The notes below the pieces were generated by a model. It worked only from the letters and a program-made list of their open reading frames with translations, was not told the DNA's origin and made no database searches. Of a stretch of 39,327 bases of DNA, positions 1 through 11,791 are shown piece by piece. The stretch is from positions 1 to 39,327 of the forward strand of contig JNEM01013916.1 of the NCBI GenBank assembly GCA_000697335.1, written 5' to 3'. The position numbers were made by a program, and so were the translations under genes. The DNA is from Conidiobolus incongruus B7586. Lineage: Eukaryota. The stretch's first letter is position 1. Each line of letters begins with the position of its first letter.

Positions 1-145
1 AAATATATTTATAAGTTAGTTAATTTAAGTAAATATAATACTATAATAAAAATACAATAGGAATTATAAAGTTATATAAGAATATTAGTTAACACTAATA
101 CTATTATATATATTTTATATTAACATAGATATTACTTAAATTTTA
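1..145 (+). mobile_element. 5' part (truncated by window edge) of a hypermutated Tc1-like DD34E transposon; HTH region of transposase, interrupted by the Gypsy insertion
   Basis: Frame 1 reads KYIYKLVNLSKYNTIIKIQ*EL*SYIRILVNTNTIIYILY*HRYYLNF. It continues in frame into the Tc1 catalytic region at 5809 once 146-5808 (element plus one TSD copy) is removed. Confidence 0.75.
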
Positions 146-541
146 TATAAATATAGTAATAGTTAAACTATTATAATATAGAAGAAAACTAATATAAAAG
201 TAGTGTGGTGTAGAATATGGTAATATAATATAGTTGTAGTGTGCAAGTGTAAATAAAGTTTAATTAAGTTTTAAACTAGGGTGAGTAACTAATATATTAA
301 GATTTATATTAGGTAGTGTTGATATATTATAATATTAACAGGAAGTAGTTTTAATCTTAGAAATAGTGTAAAAATAAGTGATAATAAGAATTAAGAAAGA
401 AAAAAAACCTAGTTTATTAAATAATTCAATATTATTTATATAATTAATTTAACTATATAAATATAAATTAATTATATAATTTATAGTTAATTAAATTATA
501 TGAAAATATATATAAAAATTTAAAGAACTAGTCTTTTAACA
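146..541 (-). repeat. 3' LTR of Gypsy element (396 bp)
   Basis: Aligns with 5450-5803. On the minus strand it starts TGTTAAAAGACTAG directly after the purine tract; the terminal CA has decayed to TA. Confidence 0.93.
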
Positions 542-549
542 CTCCCCTA
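542..549 (-). other. Polypurine tract (PPT)
   Basis: Minus strand TAGGGGAG immediately precedes the TG of the 3' LTR. Confidence 0.8.
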
Positions 550-559
550 ATAAGTTTCT

Positions 560-3500
560 TAAAAAGACACACTCCCTAGATTTTTACAAATAGATATAAT
601 AGGTTGAGGTATTCTTAATATTTTCTAGGGATTCATATATAGCTTCTTTAATAAGATAACCTATCTATTTTATATAAAAATAAAGCTTGTTCCTAATAGA
701 TTTAAATTTAATTATGTAATTAACATAGTATTCTTTTTCTCTATCTTAATTAATAATTAAATCTAGTTTTAAGGTTTTTAATTAAAAAAAGTATTAAAAT
801 TTTTAAAGTATAGTTTGATTTTAGATATATAAAAAGTAAGGTTGATCTTTAAAATTAAAAGTAAATTTAAGGTAATATTTTCAAAATTTGAATTAATAAA
901 TTTAATCTTATAAAGACTATAATATAATAATAAGTATTTTAGATTTAAGCTAGATTTAAATAGGGTAGGTTTAAGGGTAAATTATTCTAAGTATATAAAC
1001 ATACTAATTTTATATTTAAGAGGATTTTTAAATAATTTTAAGTATTATTGTTCTATAATCCTTTAATTTTCTTCTAAGTTAAATTTAATAAGGGAATTAA
1101 TATACTTGATATTAGATTAAAATTCAACAATATTTAAAGATAAGTTGATTTAAAGTTTTAGAGCAATTATTAAATTAAGATGTTTATTATAATTAATAAA
1201 ATAATAGCTAAAACCTGTTGATTTATTGATAAAGATATTAAATAAATATTAGAGTTAGTAGATATAGATATTTTAATTTAATTGATTAGTGTTAATATAA
1301 GCTTTAATTATTTACTTTAGGGTTTTAATAGTTTTTTTAGCAAGTTTATTGGTTTATTAATAATTAATAATAGATATAGTTAGATAAATCTTAAAGGAAA
1401 AAGATAGTAACTTTTAAAATTAAAGTTGAATTATATATCTCTATTAAATATAATAATTTGTGGAATTTTGTGATAGGTAAAGATATTAGAGAATAATCAT
1501 TGTGTAATATCTTTAATTATAGAAGTTTTGAAATAAGGAATAAAATAAACATATTTAGAAAATAAATCAATTACAATTAGTAAATTATTATAACCATTTG
1601 TTGATTTAAAAATTTCAATAAAATCAAGTTAGATTTATTATTAAGTTTTATTAGGGGCTTATAAAAGAATAAGTTTACTATATTTTAGTTAAGTATTATA
1701 TTTAATTCTTTAGCATATATCATAGGTATTAATGTATTTCTAAATTAATTTAACTAGAGAAGGTTAGTAATATTTTATTTTAATTCTTTTAGCAGTTATT
1801 AACTAGTTTTAATATCCTTTAACAAATAAATTATGGTATTCATTAAATATTATTTGTTGGATCTTAAAAATATCAGGAATATATAGACAATTTTTATAGT
1901 ATAGTAAGTTATTAATAATTTTAAATTTTTTAACATATTTTAATTAGTTTTCTAATAGTTTAGAGAGTTTTTCTTTAACTCAAATAAAGAAATTATTATT
2001 TAGTAGTGTTTTTTAAAATAGTTTAATAAATTCTTTATTTTCTTCATTAATAATCATTAAATTAATATTTGCTGGGTTTTTACAATTAAAATAAAAGGGT
2101 AAATATGTAGGATTTTTTAACAAGGTATTTACAATATAACTTTATTAACTTAAAAGATATTAAATAAAGAAAAGGTAAGTTTAGATAGTTTTAATCTATC
2201 TAATTTATTTTCTTAATTAATACTTCTGAGTATTTAAGTAAATAAGTAATTTATAATTTGTAAGTATTAAAAAAAGATTATAAAACAAGAAATGTGAGTG
2301 ATTTTTAATTATTTCTACTAAAGCAAAAAGTTTTTATTTATAAATTAGGTATTTTAATTCAGCTAGTTTTATTTTTCTTAACTAGAATATTATTGGTTTT
2401 AAGGTAATATTTATAAGGTTAAACTTAACTTATTCTCTTTTATTTATTATTTTATCTTATAGTTAAAAGATAAAATATAAATTAAATTCAAATTAAATTA
2501 ACTATTTACTAATTTCAAAAGAATTAAAACTAATAAAAATAATAGTAGGTAGTTTTAAATTAAAAATAGATAAAGCAAAAGCATTAATAATATAGAAAAT
2601 CAAAACATTTATGCAAAAAGTGTATAGTGGGGTTTATTCAAAAAGAGAGTTTTTCCTCAAAAGATTAATAAAAGAAGTAATAAGTTCAACAAAAAAATCA
2701 ATGAAATCTTTAAAATAATTTAATAATCAAAGTATAAACATAAGTTAATCTTTGTTTATAAGTATAGTAAAAGCTTTAACATTATTAAGTTTAGTTAGAT
2801 TAATACTAATTCTTTAAGAGGAAACAATATAACTATAGAAAAAGATAGAAAAGGTATTAAAGATGTATTTTGATAGTTTTAAAGATAATTTATGTTCTTG
2901 AATAATTTATAAAACTTAATTAACATATTAAATATATTCTTCTTTAGTTTTTAAATAGATTAAGATATTATCAAGGTAAATAATAATAAAGTTATTAAAA
3001 ACAAGGTTGAAAAGGGAATTAATAAATTAAATAAAAGTTACAAGGGCATTATATAATTTAAAGTTTATAACTATAAATTTATAATAGCTTAAAAGAATAT
3101 TAAAAGTAGTTAAAGGGATAAAATTTTCTTCAACTTTAATATTATAATATCTATCCTTAATATCTAATTTAGTGAATATAATTAATTTAAGTAATTTATC
3201 TTTGATATTATATTAGTTTAATAATAGGGTTTTATCTTTAATAATTTTAAAGTTTAAAATATAGTTGTTAATATATAATCTCTAACTACCATCAGCTTTT
3301 TTTACAAAAAGAATTAGAAATCTTTAAAATAAAAAAAAAGTTTAATATACCTATTTTTAAGTAGTTTTTGGATTTTTTCTTTTAAAGTTTAATATTATTA
3401 AAGAGATAAATGGTAAGCAAACTTTAAATATAGTTGTATACTAAAAAATAATTTAATTTTGTGTTTAATATTATATTTAAAAAGTAATTTATCTATAGGT

Positions 3501-5300
3501 TCAAAAACATTAACAAATTAACTTACTATATTATATAAGAAATGGTTATTAGATATAACTTTATTAAAGTTAATAAAAAAAGTATTAATAGATGAATAAT
3601 AAATAAATAAATATCTTTATAAATTATTAAGGTTTTTAATTAATTTTTTACTTTAATTTTTACCTATAATAATAGAAATATTTGTTACAATTATAGAGTT
3701 AATATTAGGTATAGTATTTAATAATATTATAATAAGGTAATATAAATTTTTTAAGATTAATTCTACTAATGTTTTTTGGAATATAAAAGAAATAGATTTG
3801 TAACTTTCTAGGGTAGTATTTATTAATATAAGATTATAATACTCAAATTAATTTTAACCTAATATACAATTATAACTAATATTACCAACTAAGAATTTAA
3901 TATATTAAGAGTAGTTAAGAAATAATAATAAATATTTAAATATAGTGTTAAATGTTTATTCTATTAAGTTGTTAGTATATTTAATTATCAATTTACTTTT
4001 TTAAGTAGGTAAAAATAACTTTACAATAATAAAAGAAAAGATAATATAACTAAAGTAACTAGAATTAATTAAAACACTAATAGGTTTATTTATAAAAGAA
4101 TTAATTAACATAAACAATAGAGTAATAGTTAAAGGTAAAGAATTATAAAATAGATTAGTTACTAGAATATTTCTAGTTTTTAGTGGTTTAATTAGTTAAA
4201 TTTCTCTAATATATATAATTTAATTTGTGGAATTATTAGTTTATTAAAACTTTTGTAGATTAAATTAAAACCTGCTAACTAATTATAAAAAAAGTGATTT
4301 TAAAGCTATATTGATATTATTCAGGTTTAATTTATAGTTGGTAAGTTAAGATTATTGAAAATTAAACAGATATTGTTTTTTTAAAGGGTATTTATTAGTT
4401 TTATAGTTAATTTAAGTTTTTTAACAATAATAACAACCTTTATTTGCTTTTAAATAAGCTTTAACTTCTTCACTAAAGGTTCTCTTATAAAGTTTTAAAG
4501 CAGAAACATTTATCATTTGAAATTTAAATAAGCTAAAGTAAATTTTAAAGGATTAATTCTTAAGATAAAAGAATTTAGTTATAGAGTAAAAGATATTATT
4601 AATTATAATTTTTATATTATAAATGTCAGAAAAAAACATATTATTAAAGTGTTTTTTATTAACTAACTAAAACTTTACTTGAAGATTAAAACATTATAAT
4701 AGTTTATTCATTTATTTTTCTTTAGTGATATTTAATATAATTAAGTATATCTCATTAAATTTCTTAAATAATTATCTTGTAGAAGTTTTTTATTTAAGTT
4801 AAAAAAGCTTTTCTTTTGTTAATTAAACTTGATGTTTTAGGTAATATCTCTTTTTAAAAGCTTTTTCCAATTGTTTAAAAGTTTATATTTTTATAGTAAG
4901 TTATCCTCTTAAAGATTTTTTAAAATTAAGTTTATAATAAATTAACTACTAAGTATAAATAGATTTTTCTAAAAAAATAGTTAATTTAAAGATATTCTTT
5001 AAATTTTTATTAGGGATTAAATCAAGATAATTTTTTATATTTTTAAGATAGTTTTCAAGTTTATAGAGGTTTTTAAAATTATCATAAATAGTTAATTTAT
5101 CTTTAAAAATTTTAAAAAAATAGTTTAATATATTAATCATAATAAAATAGCTAGTTTGTTAGATTTAAACTCTTTGAGATATATTTTTTTCAATCAAAAG
5201 TTATTTAATATAGGTTTCTTAAAGGGTAATAAGTTTTTAAAGGTTAAAGTCTTAGATTTACTTAGTAATTAAGCTATTATCATTATTAAAATAATATAAA
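560..5300 (-). pseudogene. Degenerate gag-pol of the Gypsy element (ends approximate)
   Basis: Minus-strand relics: zinc-knuckle-like GCYYC (~4425-4438); protease ISVLINSS (from LIDSG, ~4058-4082); RT KKADGS*RLYIN, IFTKLDIKDRYYNI, YKFIVINFKLYNALVTF and IIYLDNILI (YLDD>YLDN, 2967-2978); integrase LLIVIDLFSKYVYFIP and HKIPQIIIFNRD; chromodomain KEYYVNYII...YFYIK*IGY...EAIYESLENI (611-736). Confidence 0.92.
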
Positions 5301-5430
5301 GGTATTTTCTTTTTTAGTAGTATTATAGTATATAATATTAAATTTAAATAAAATAAATTATAGATAAAATTTAAAAAATTAATAAATAAATTTAATATAG
5401 ATAGTTATTGATTTCTAGTAGGTTTTTAAT

Positions 5431-5449
5431 AGTTTTATTGCTATTACTA
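5431..5449 (-). other. Decayed primer-binding site, best explained as complementary to a tRNA-Leu 3' end
   Basis: Minus strand TAGTAATAGCAATAAAACT abuts the 5' LTR. It differs from TGGTGGCAGCGGTGGGATT (complement of a typical tRNA-Leu 3' end) only by transitions, nearly all G>A/C>T. Confidence 0.55.
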
Positions 5450-5803
5450 TATAAGTGTAGTAGTAGTTAAACTAATATAATATAGAGGAAAATTAATATA
5501 AAAGTAGTGTGGTATAGAATATAATAATATAATGTGGTTATAGTATATAAGTGTAAATAAAGTTTAATTAAGCTTTAAACTAGGGTGAGTCACTAATATA
5601 TTAAGATTTATATTAGGTAGTGTTGATATATTATAATATTAATAAAAAGTAGTTTCAATTTTAAAAGTAGTGTAAAAATAAAAAATAGTAAGAATTAAAA
5701 AGGAAAAGAAGAGTTTAATTTATTAAATAATTCAATATTATTTATACAATTAATTTAATTATATAAGTATATATAAAAATATAAAAAAACTAGTTTTTTA
5801 ATA
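5450..5803 (-). repeat. 5' LTR of Gypsy element (354 bp)
   Basis: Aligns with 146-541. Both termini have decayed (TG>TA, CA>TA). It is followed on the plus strand by the TSD TTTTA. Confidence 0.93.
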
Positions 5804-5808
5804 TTTTA

Positions 5809-6565
5809 AGAAAAAATACCATTAATTAAAAAAATCTTATTATAAAATTAGATAAGAATTTAAATATTATTATTAATATTAAATTAAAATTAATTAGAGT
5901 AAAGTTATTTAATTTAATAAAACAAAAATATATTTTAGTAAATTTGATAAAAAGTTATATTTTAGAAAAGATATAAAATTATTTTATAAATATTATGTTA
6001 ATTTTACCTAAAAATATAATAGTAAGTTAATTATTATTTAAAAATATATTTTGGTTTTAAGTATAAGGTATTTTTATAAAGTTAATAAAGGAATTAATAT
6101 TGAGATATATTAAAATATTTTAAATAATTAATTAAAAAAAAATATTAAATAATATAAATTAAATAAATCTGATGATATTTTCTAATAAAATAATATTTCT
6201 TATTATATTATAACTTCTATTACTAAATAATCTAAAAATAACAAAATAATAGTTATAAAGTAACTTTTTTAATTTTTTAACTTTAATTTAATTAAATATT
6301 TTTAAGATTAGTTAAAAAAAAGTTATTAAAACTTTCCCCCTAATAAAGAATTGATATCAGCTTTAAAAATATATTTAAAAAATATAACACAAGATTAACC
6401 TTTTTTAATATAAAAAATTAATTGATTTTATACCCTACAAACTTAAAAAAGTTATAAAAGTTAAAGATAGATATACTAAGTTTTAATTTTTTTATCAACA
6501 AAAACCTATAAATTTATAACTTATCTTAGGTAAAATTTAAAGGTTTATATTTTAACTAAATAATA
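5809..6565 (+). mobile_element. 3' part of hypermutated Tc1-like DD34E transposon (right end approximate)
   Basis: Motif relics: N*SKVI*FNKTK (from DWSKVIWSDETK, 5892); III*KYI (IMVWGCI); IF**NNISYY (IFQQDNASCH, 6177); K*LF*FFNFNLIKYF* (KWPSQSPDLNPIEHxW, 6258); C-terminal IDFIPYKLKKVIKVKDRYTKF* (SMP..KAKGGYTK, stop 6484-6486). The inferred D at 6189 and E at 6294 give 34-residue spacing. Confidence 0.88.
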
Positions 6566-6600
6566 AATAAATATCATTATTTAATGATATATATTATTAA

Positions 6601-6840
6601 TAAATATAATAGATTTTAATTATTTAATTTAAGTTTATTTTATTAAATATTAATCAAGTTATTAGTAAAAGTATAAGTGTTTTTAATTTTATAACTTATT
6701 TTTATATGTTAGTGTATTAATAAATAAACATAATTTCAATTATTTAATTTAGATATATTTTATTTAATATTAATTAAATTATTAATAAAAATATAAGTGT
6801 TTTTAATTTTTTAATTTAATTTTATAGGTTAGTATATTGT
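6601..6840. repeat. Imperfect tandem duplication, 2 x 120 bp
   Basis: 6601-6720 and 6721-6840 align without gaps (shared AATTATTTAATTTA, AATATTAAT, TATAAGTGTTTTTAATTTT, GTTAGT). Confidence 0.75.
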
Positions 6841-7479
6841 TAATATTTATTTTCTAATATATTAATATTAATTTATTTATTTATAAAGCTGATATTAATT
6901 TTATTTAATAATACATTACTTAGCTTTAAGGATATTATATTAAATTATCATTTTATTATATTTTTATATTATTTCTTTAGATTATAAAATTTAAATAATT
7001 CTAAAATTAATTTTTAATCAATAATCTTTTAATAACTTATAGAAATATTTATAGTATAATATATATAATTAAAATTTAATTTTTTAAATAAATAAAATAT
7101 TTAATAAAACTATAATTTAAAAAAAATACTGTATATTAATGGTATTTAATAAAAAACTCATATTTCAAAATTTAAAATATAATAATTAATCCAAATTAAA
7201 AGTTTAATAAACTAGTTTTCAAAGCTATTATATATAGTTTTATATTTATATTAACCTTTAATTTTCCTTATTAATTTAAACTTTCAAATCTAATTTGGTT
7301 TTATAAATTATATTTGATTCATAAATATTTTTTTCTTAATATTTTACTATTCTTTTCTAATTATTTTCAATTACTTTAATTTTTTAAATTAAAAAAATAT
7401 CTTTATAAATATTATGTGTTTATTGATACTATTTAATATATTTGTTAATATAATTATATTAACTAGTTTATTTTAGATC

Positions 7480-9330
7480 TTAAATCAACTCATTGATATA
7501 TTAAATTACTTATGTCATTACTAATTTAAGTTTTTTTCTATATTATATTGGTTCTATCACCTAATTTTGTCAAAGGATTGATATTAAACTTTAAATAACC
7601 ATTTTATTAACAAAAAATGTATTTATAATATCATTTCATTTATCTGAATGAACATATTCATTGAAACTTGTAACTAGAAATATATAAACAAAAACGTAGT
7701 CTAATTATTTCAAAATTCTATCTTATATAGAGAAAATAATTGTCAAATGATTTTAAGATTTCGTGTAACCAATGATTTTAAGGAAGAAAATAGAGTATTA
7801 TGATTCTACCAGGATAATACAATTAATAAATTTTAGTGATTTTATATTATTTATGTATTTTGAACTTATTTGATTTGATTTTAAAAATAATAACATTTAT
7901 ACTGCCTTAATAGTGTCAAATATAGCTACAATATATTTTTATATGATTTAATATTATATTTATAGACTTAGTTCAATCAATTAATTCAAAACTTGTAGAT
8001 GATTTAAAATTTGTGAAAAATAATTTGAAATTTGAGATACCGAAAATTAGTTAATTAGTAATGTATAATTTGTTAATCAACCAATTTTTAGATTACTGAA
8101 AATGTAATGTCAAATATTCTAAAATTGAATAGAAAAACCAATTAGACATTGAAAGTATTAATTACCAAATATCCAAAAAAAAATTTCATGGCTGTTAATG
8201 CACTATTTATCACATTATTGATTAAGATGAAATTGAAAAATTAATTTTTTATTAATTAAAAATATACCTACATCTTCTTTCACAATTCACAAAATTAGCT
8301 TTAGTACTTATTTTGAAAGTTATCTAGTTTCTATAATAGGAAGGACACTATTTTAGTTATAATTTAAAAAGCTAATTAAAAAATACTCAAATTGGAAATT
8401 ACCATTTAATTCTTCCAGCCCAATAATTAAAAAAATTGAAATCAATCTAATTTTGAACAACCTGAGAAATTATGTATTTAAAATATATAATTTTCAATTT
8501 TATACATATTTTGATCACCCCTATTCTATTCGTTTTTAAACATGAAATACATTATCTATCTATTTTAAATTTGACCATATCAAAGATACTTTATTATTGA
8601 TGAATAAATATATTGATTCATTCATCTGGTGTTTTTATCGTTGATTAAGGTATGTTCCAAAATAATTGTCTAAACTTAGTCAAATTATACAAAAATTGCT
8701 AATTAATAATTTAGTTGAAAATAAAACCAAATTAATTTAATGAAATAAAAGTTCATATTGAGGAGTGAATTATGAAATCATTAACAATTGATCGAAGGAG
8801 ATGATATCATGTAATTTTGACTGTTAATCAAACATAAAATATAATCTATTTATATAACTAAATAAACATGATTTTACATTAATGATTTATATCATTTTTT
8901 ATCTCAATAATCGAAGTTCATCTTAATCACAATTATAAATGTTGAAATTGTTGAGTCCAATAGTTTAAGTGGTTCAAAAAATCGTGAAATAAAAGTTGGT
9001 GCATTGAATATGGTATCATGGATATTCTACTAATATCCTGGGATATAAAAATTGTTGGATACGAAGTATTATACTAACACCTAACAGTTAAATAATTTTA
9101 GTATAATATAACATTAATGAAATTGAATTGAAAATGAGTTTGTGAGGGGATATATCAAAATCAAATAAAACTGAAGTTATGATTTGTAATATAAATGATG
9201 TCATAATTAAGCAAAATCTAGACTGAATACAAGCTGAGGATTAAGAGTAAATGTTGATAAAGGAGCTGATAAACATTCTTAAGTCTATGAAATTTGCTCT
9301 TTTCTCTTCTCAAACAGGTTTATTGAGCCT
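7480..9330 (+). pseudogene. Possible decayed F-box/LRR-like gene
   Basis: Only short plus-strand fragments with LRR-like spacing (CQRIDIKL, KILKLEI, LPAQ*LKKLK, MFQNNCLNLVKL); no continuous frame. Confidence 0.2.
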
Positions 9331-9711
9331 AGCTTCTTAGTCTTTGGCTTAATCTGTATTTAAAGATCCATTGTTCCGCAAGTTTGATTCCATAATTTTT
9401 TGTTACCCAATTTTGCTGATCACATTTCCAAACACTCACAAACCCACAATCCAATTTTGAAATTAATCCCCCTACCTCAGCGAAGCACATCATCCTCAAC
9501 TCGCAATTATTGCTTCATTTCTTAACTCACTTCTTTAAACTATTTCAAAAAAAATTAATATTATTATTCCTAATTTTCTAATTTTTAATATATTTTAACT
9601 TTTATCTATTGTTTTTCTTACTAACTACTTCCGTTCTTTAATTATCAATTTTTTTGCTTTTCCTTATATACTCGCATTCCATACTTTTCAAAATTTCATA
9701 ATTTTTTTAAA

Positions 9712-11791
9712 ATGAATGTCTCATTTAAGCCTACTTCAATAACATTACCTGAACCCAACTCATTTTTTTCTCATACTAACAAGTCTAACCCCGGCACACC
9801 TCACCAACAACCAGCTTCTAATAGTAATTCACAATCAGTATCTTTCAATACAGATATTGATTTAAACTTATCTAATGCTTCCTTCAACTCATCAAGTTCC
9901 CAATCTCCTAGACTTCGTTCCACTGCTTATCCAAAAACACCTTTCCCTACAAATGCTAATCCGCTTGACAACGTCTCTTTAATAACATCCCCATTATGTT
10001 CTCCCCACGCCGGTCTTCCACTCACCGAGCTATCTATTGAGCGCTTTTCTGAATTCTTATCAGATCCTGAACAATTGTTGGGTACTTTGATTTTGGATGT
10101 GAGACCAGCTATACAATTTTCTCGTTCTCACATTCGTACTTCAGTAAATGTTTGTATCCCTAGTACTTTACTCCGTCGCAGTACTTTTAACATCCAAAAA
10201 CTTTCTAGCTCATTGGCTAACGAAGCTGATAAAATAAGTTTGAGCAGCTGGAAACAGCGTTATAGAATCGTTTTTGTTGATGCTTCTTCAACATCAATGA
10301 ACGATTCTACACCTATTTATTATCTTTCCAAAAAGTTTATGGAGCAAGAAGCTAAAGTTAGCTTGTATTGGTTAAACGGTATGTTTAAAATCTCAAATAT
10401 TTTTAATGATATTTTTATTAAATTCATTTGCAGGTGGTTTTAAAAAATTTTCCGAGGAGCTTCCAAAGTATTGTGAATCTTCTAAAGAAAACCCAGTCCA
10501 AATGCCTTCAATAAGACCCAAACTATCTCCTTCAGCTCTTGGTCCAATGACTTGCCCCATTCCATCTATCAACACCGATCCCAATCCATTCTTTGATAAT
10601 ATTAGACAATACAACTTATCCAATTCCACTTTCTCCGAGCTTATTTCTATTAAACTCCCTCCCGACCAGCCCACACATAAACTTCCTGAATTTTTACAAA
10701 AATTAATTACAAACCAAGGCCCTCAAATTATGGCGGATTCATTCAATCGCCTGGACCAAGTTGAGCAACAACGCCTCCGTGTTTTACTCGCAGCCCAATG
10801 TCGTAATCCAAATACTTCTAACCCTTATAGCGTATGTGCTGGTATTGAAAAGGGTCACAAGAATAGATATTGCAATATTTGGCCTTATGAGCATACAAGG
10901 GTCAAGTTACTTGAGCATGCTGTTAATGATACCAATTACATCAATGCCAGCTACATTCACGATCCACAAACTAAATACAAATATATCGCAACCCAAGGTC
11001 CTATGCCTACCACCTTTGCTGATTTTTGGCAAATGACATGGGAGCAAAACTCATACCTTATTTTAATGCTCACAAAGGAGGAAGAGGGCGGAAGAATTCG
11101 TTGTCATAGATACTGGCCATCAGCAATTAATTCTATGAAAGATATCGAACGTCGTTTTACAGTTACTTTATTGGATGAAAAAGATTGCTTTGGCAATGGA
11201 GAACTCATACTCCGCAAAATTTTGTTGAAAAATTTGTCAACTAACACTGAACGTGTTATTATCCAAATCTATTATTCCAGTTGGCCAGATTTTGGAGTTC
11301 CTGAAAACCCTACAAATATTCTCAAACTTCACACAATTGTAGACCATCACAGATCATATATTGAGTCTAAAGTTACCAATCCGGGGCCTATGATTGTTCA
11401 TTGCAGTGCAGGATGTGGTAGAACTGGTGCCTTTTGTACGATTGATTGCTGTATCAAGCTTTATCAAGAAAACCAATTTTCCAATATCGATAAAATTTAT
11501 GAATTGGTTAATTTATTCCGAGATCAAAGACTCTCAATGGTGCAGACCCATCGACAATTAGTATTCTGCTATGAAGCAATTATTTGGTACATCCTAGGAC
11601 ATGATAACACACAGACACAAAACACCAATTGCCAACTTAATACTCCAAAAAATTCACCAGATTTTCCAACTTTGGATTTGAACTATTCTATAGATTTTTC
11701 AAGTCCACCAGTCTTAGAATCTGAACTACCAGCAGGAAGCTTCGAACCTAGTTTCCGTGGCGCCAAGCAAGATGGATTTCCATTCTTTTGA
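9712..11791 (+). CDS. Rhodanese-domain classical protein tyrosine phosphatase (Pyp1/Ptp2/Ptp3-like MAPK phosphatase), 674 aa; exons 9712-10378, 10434-11791
   Basis: Rhodanese/CH2 motifs LILDVRP and HIRTSVNV, with WLNG|GF rebuilt across the GT-AG intron 10379-10433. PTP motifs KNRY, YINAS, YIATQGP, WPDFG, HCSAGCGRTG and MVQT. Confidence 0.95.

Larger units (their letters stand above)
146..5803 (-). mobile_element. Full-length, hypermutated Ty3/Gypsy LTR retrotransposon with integrase chromodomain (chromovirus-like)
   Basis: Direct LTRs at 146-541 and 5450-5803, 5-bp TSD TTTTA (141-145, 5804-5808), PPT and PBS. Minus-strand domain order is PR-RT-(RH)-IN-chromo, with many stops. Confidence 0.95.

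Noticed and set aside
4949..5140. 63-aa ORF on the minus strand
   Set aside because: Stop-free remnant of the mutated gag region, not an independent gene.
10393..11036. Alternative-frame and antisense ORFs within the PTP gene
   Set aside because: Shadows of a real CDS; no motifs.
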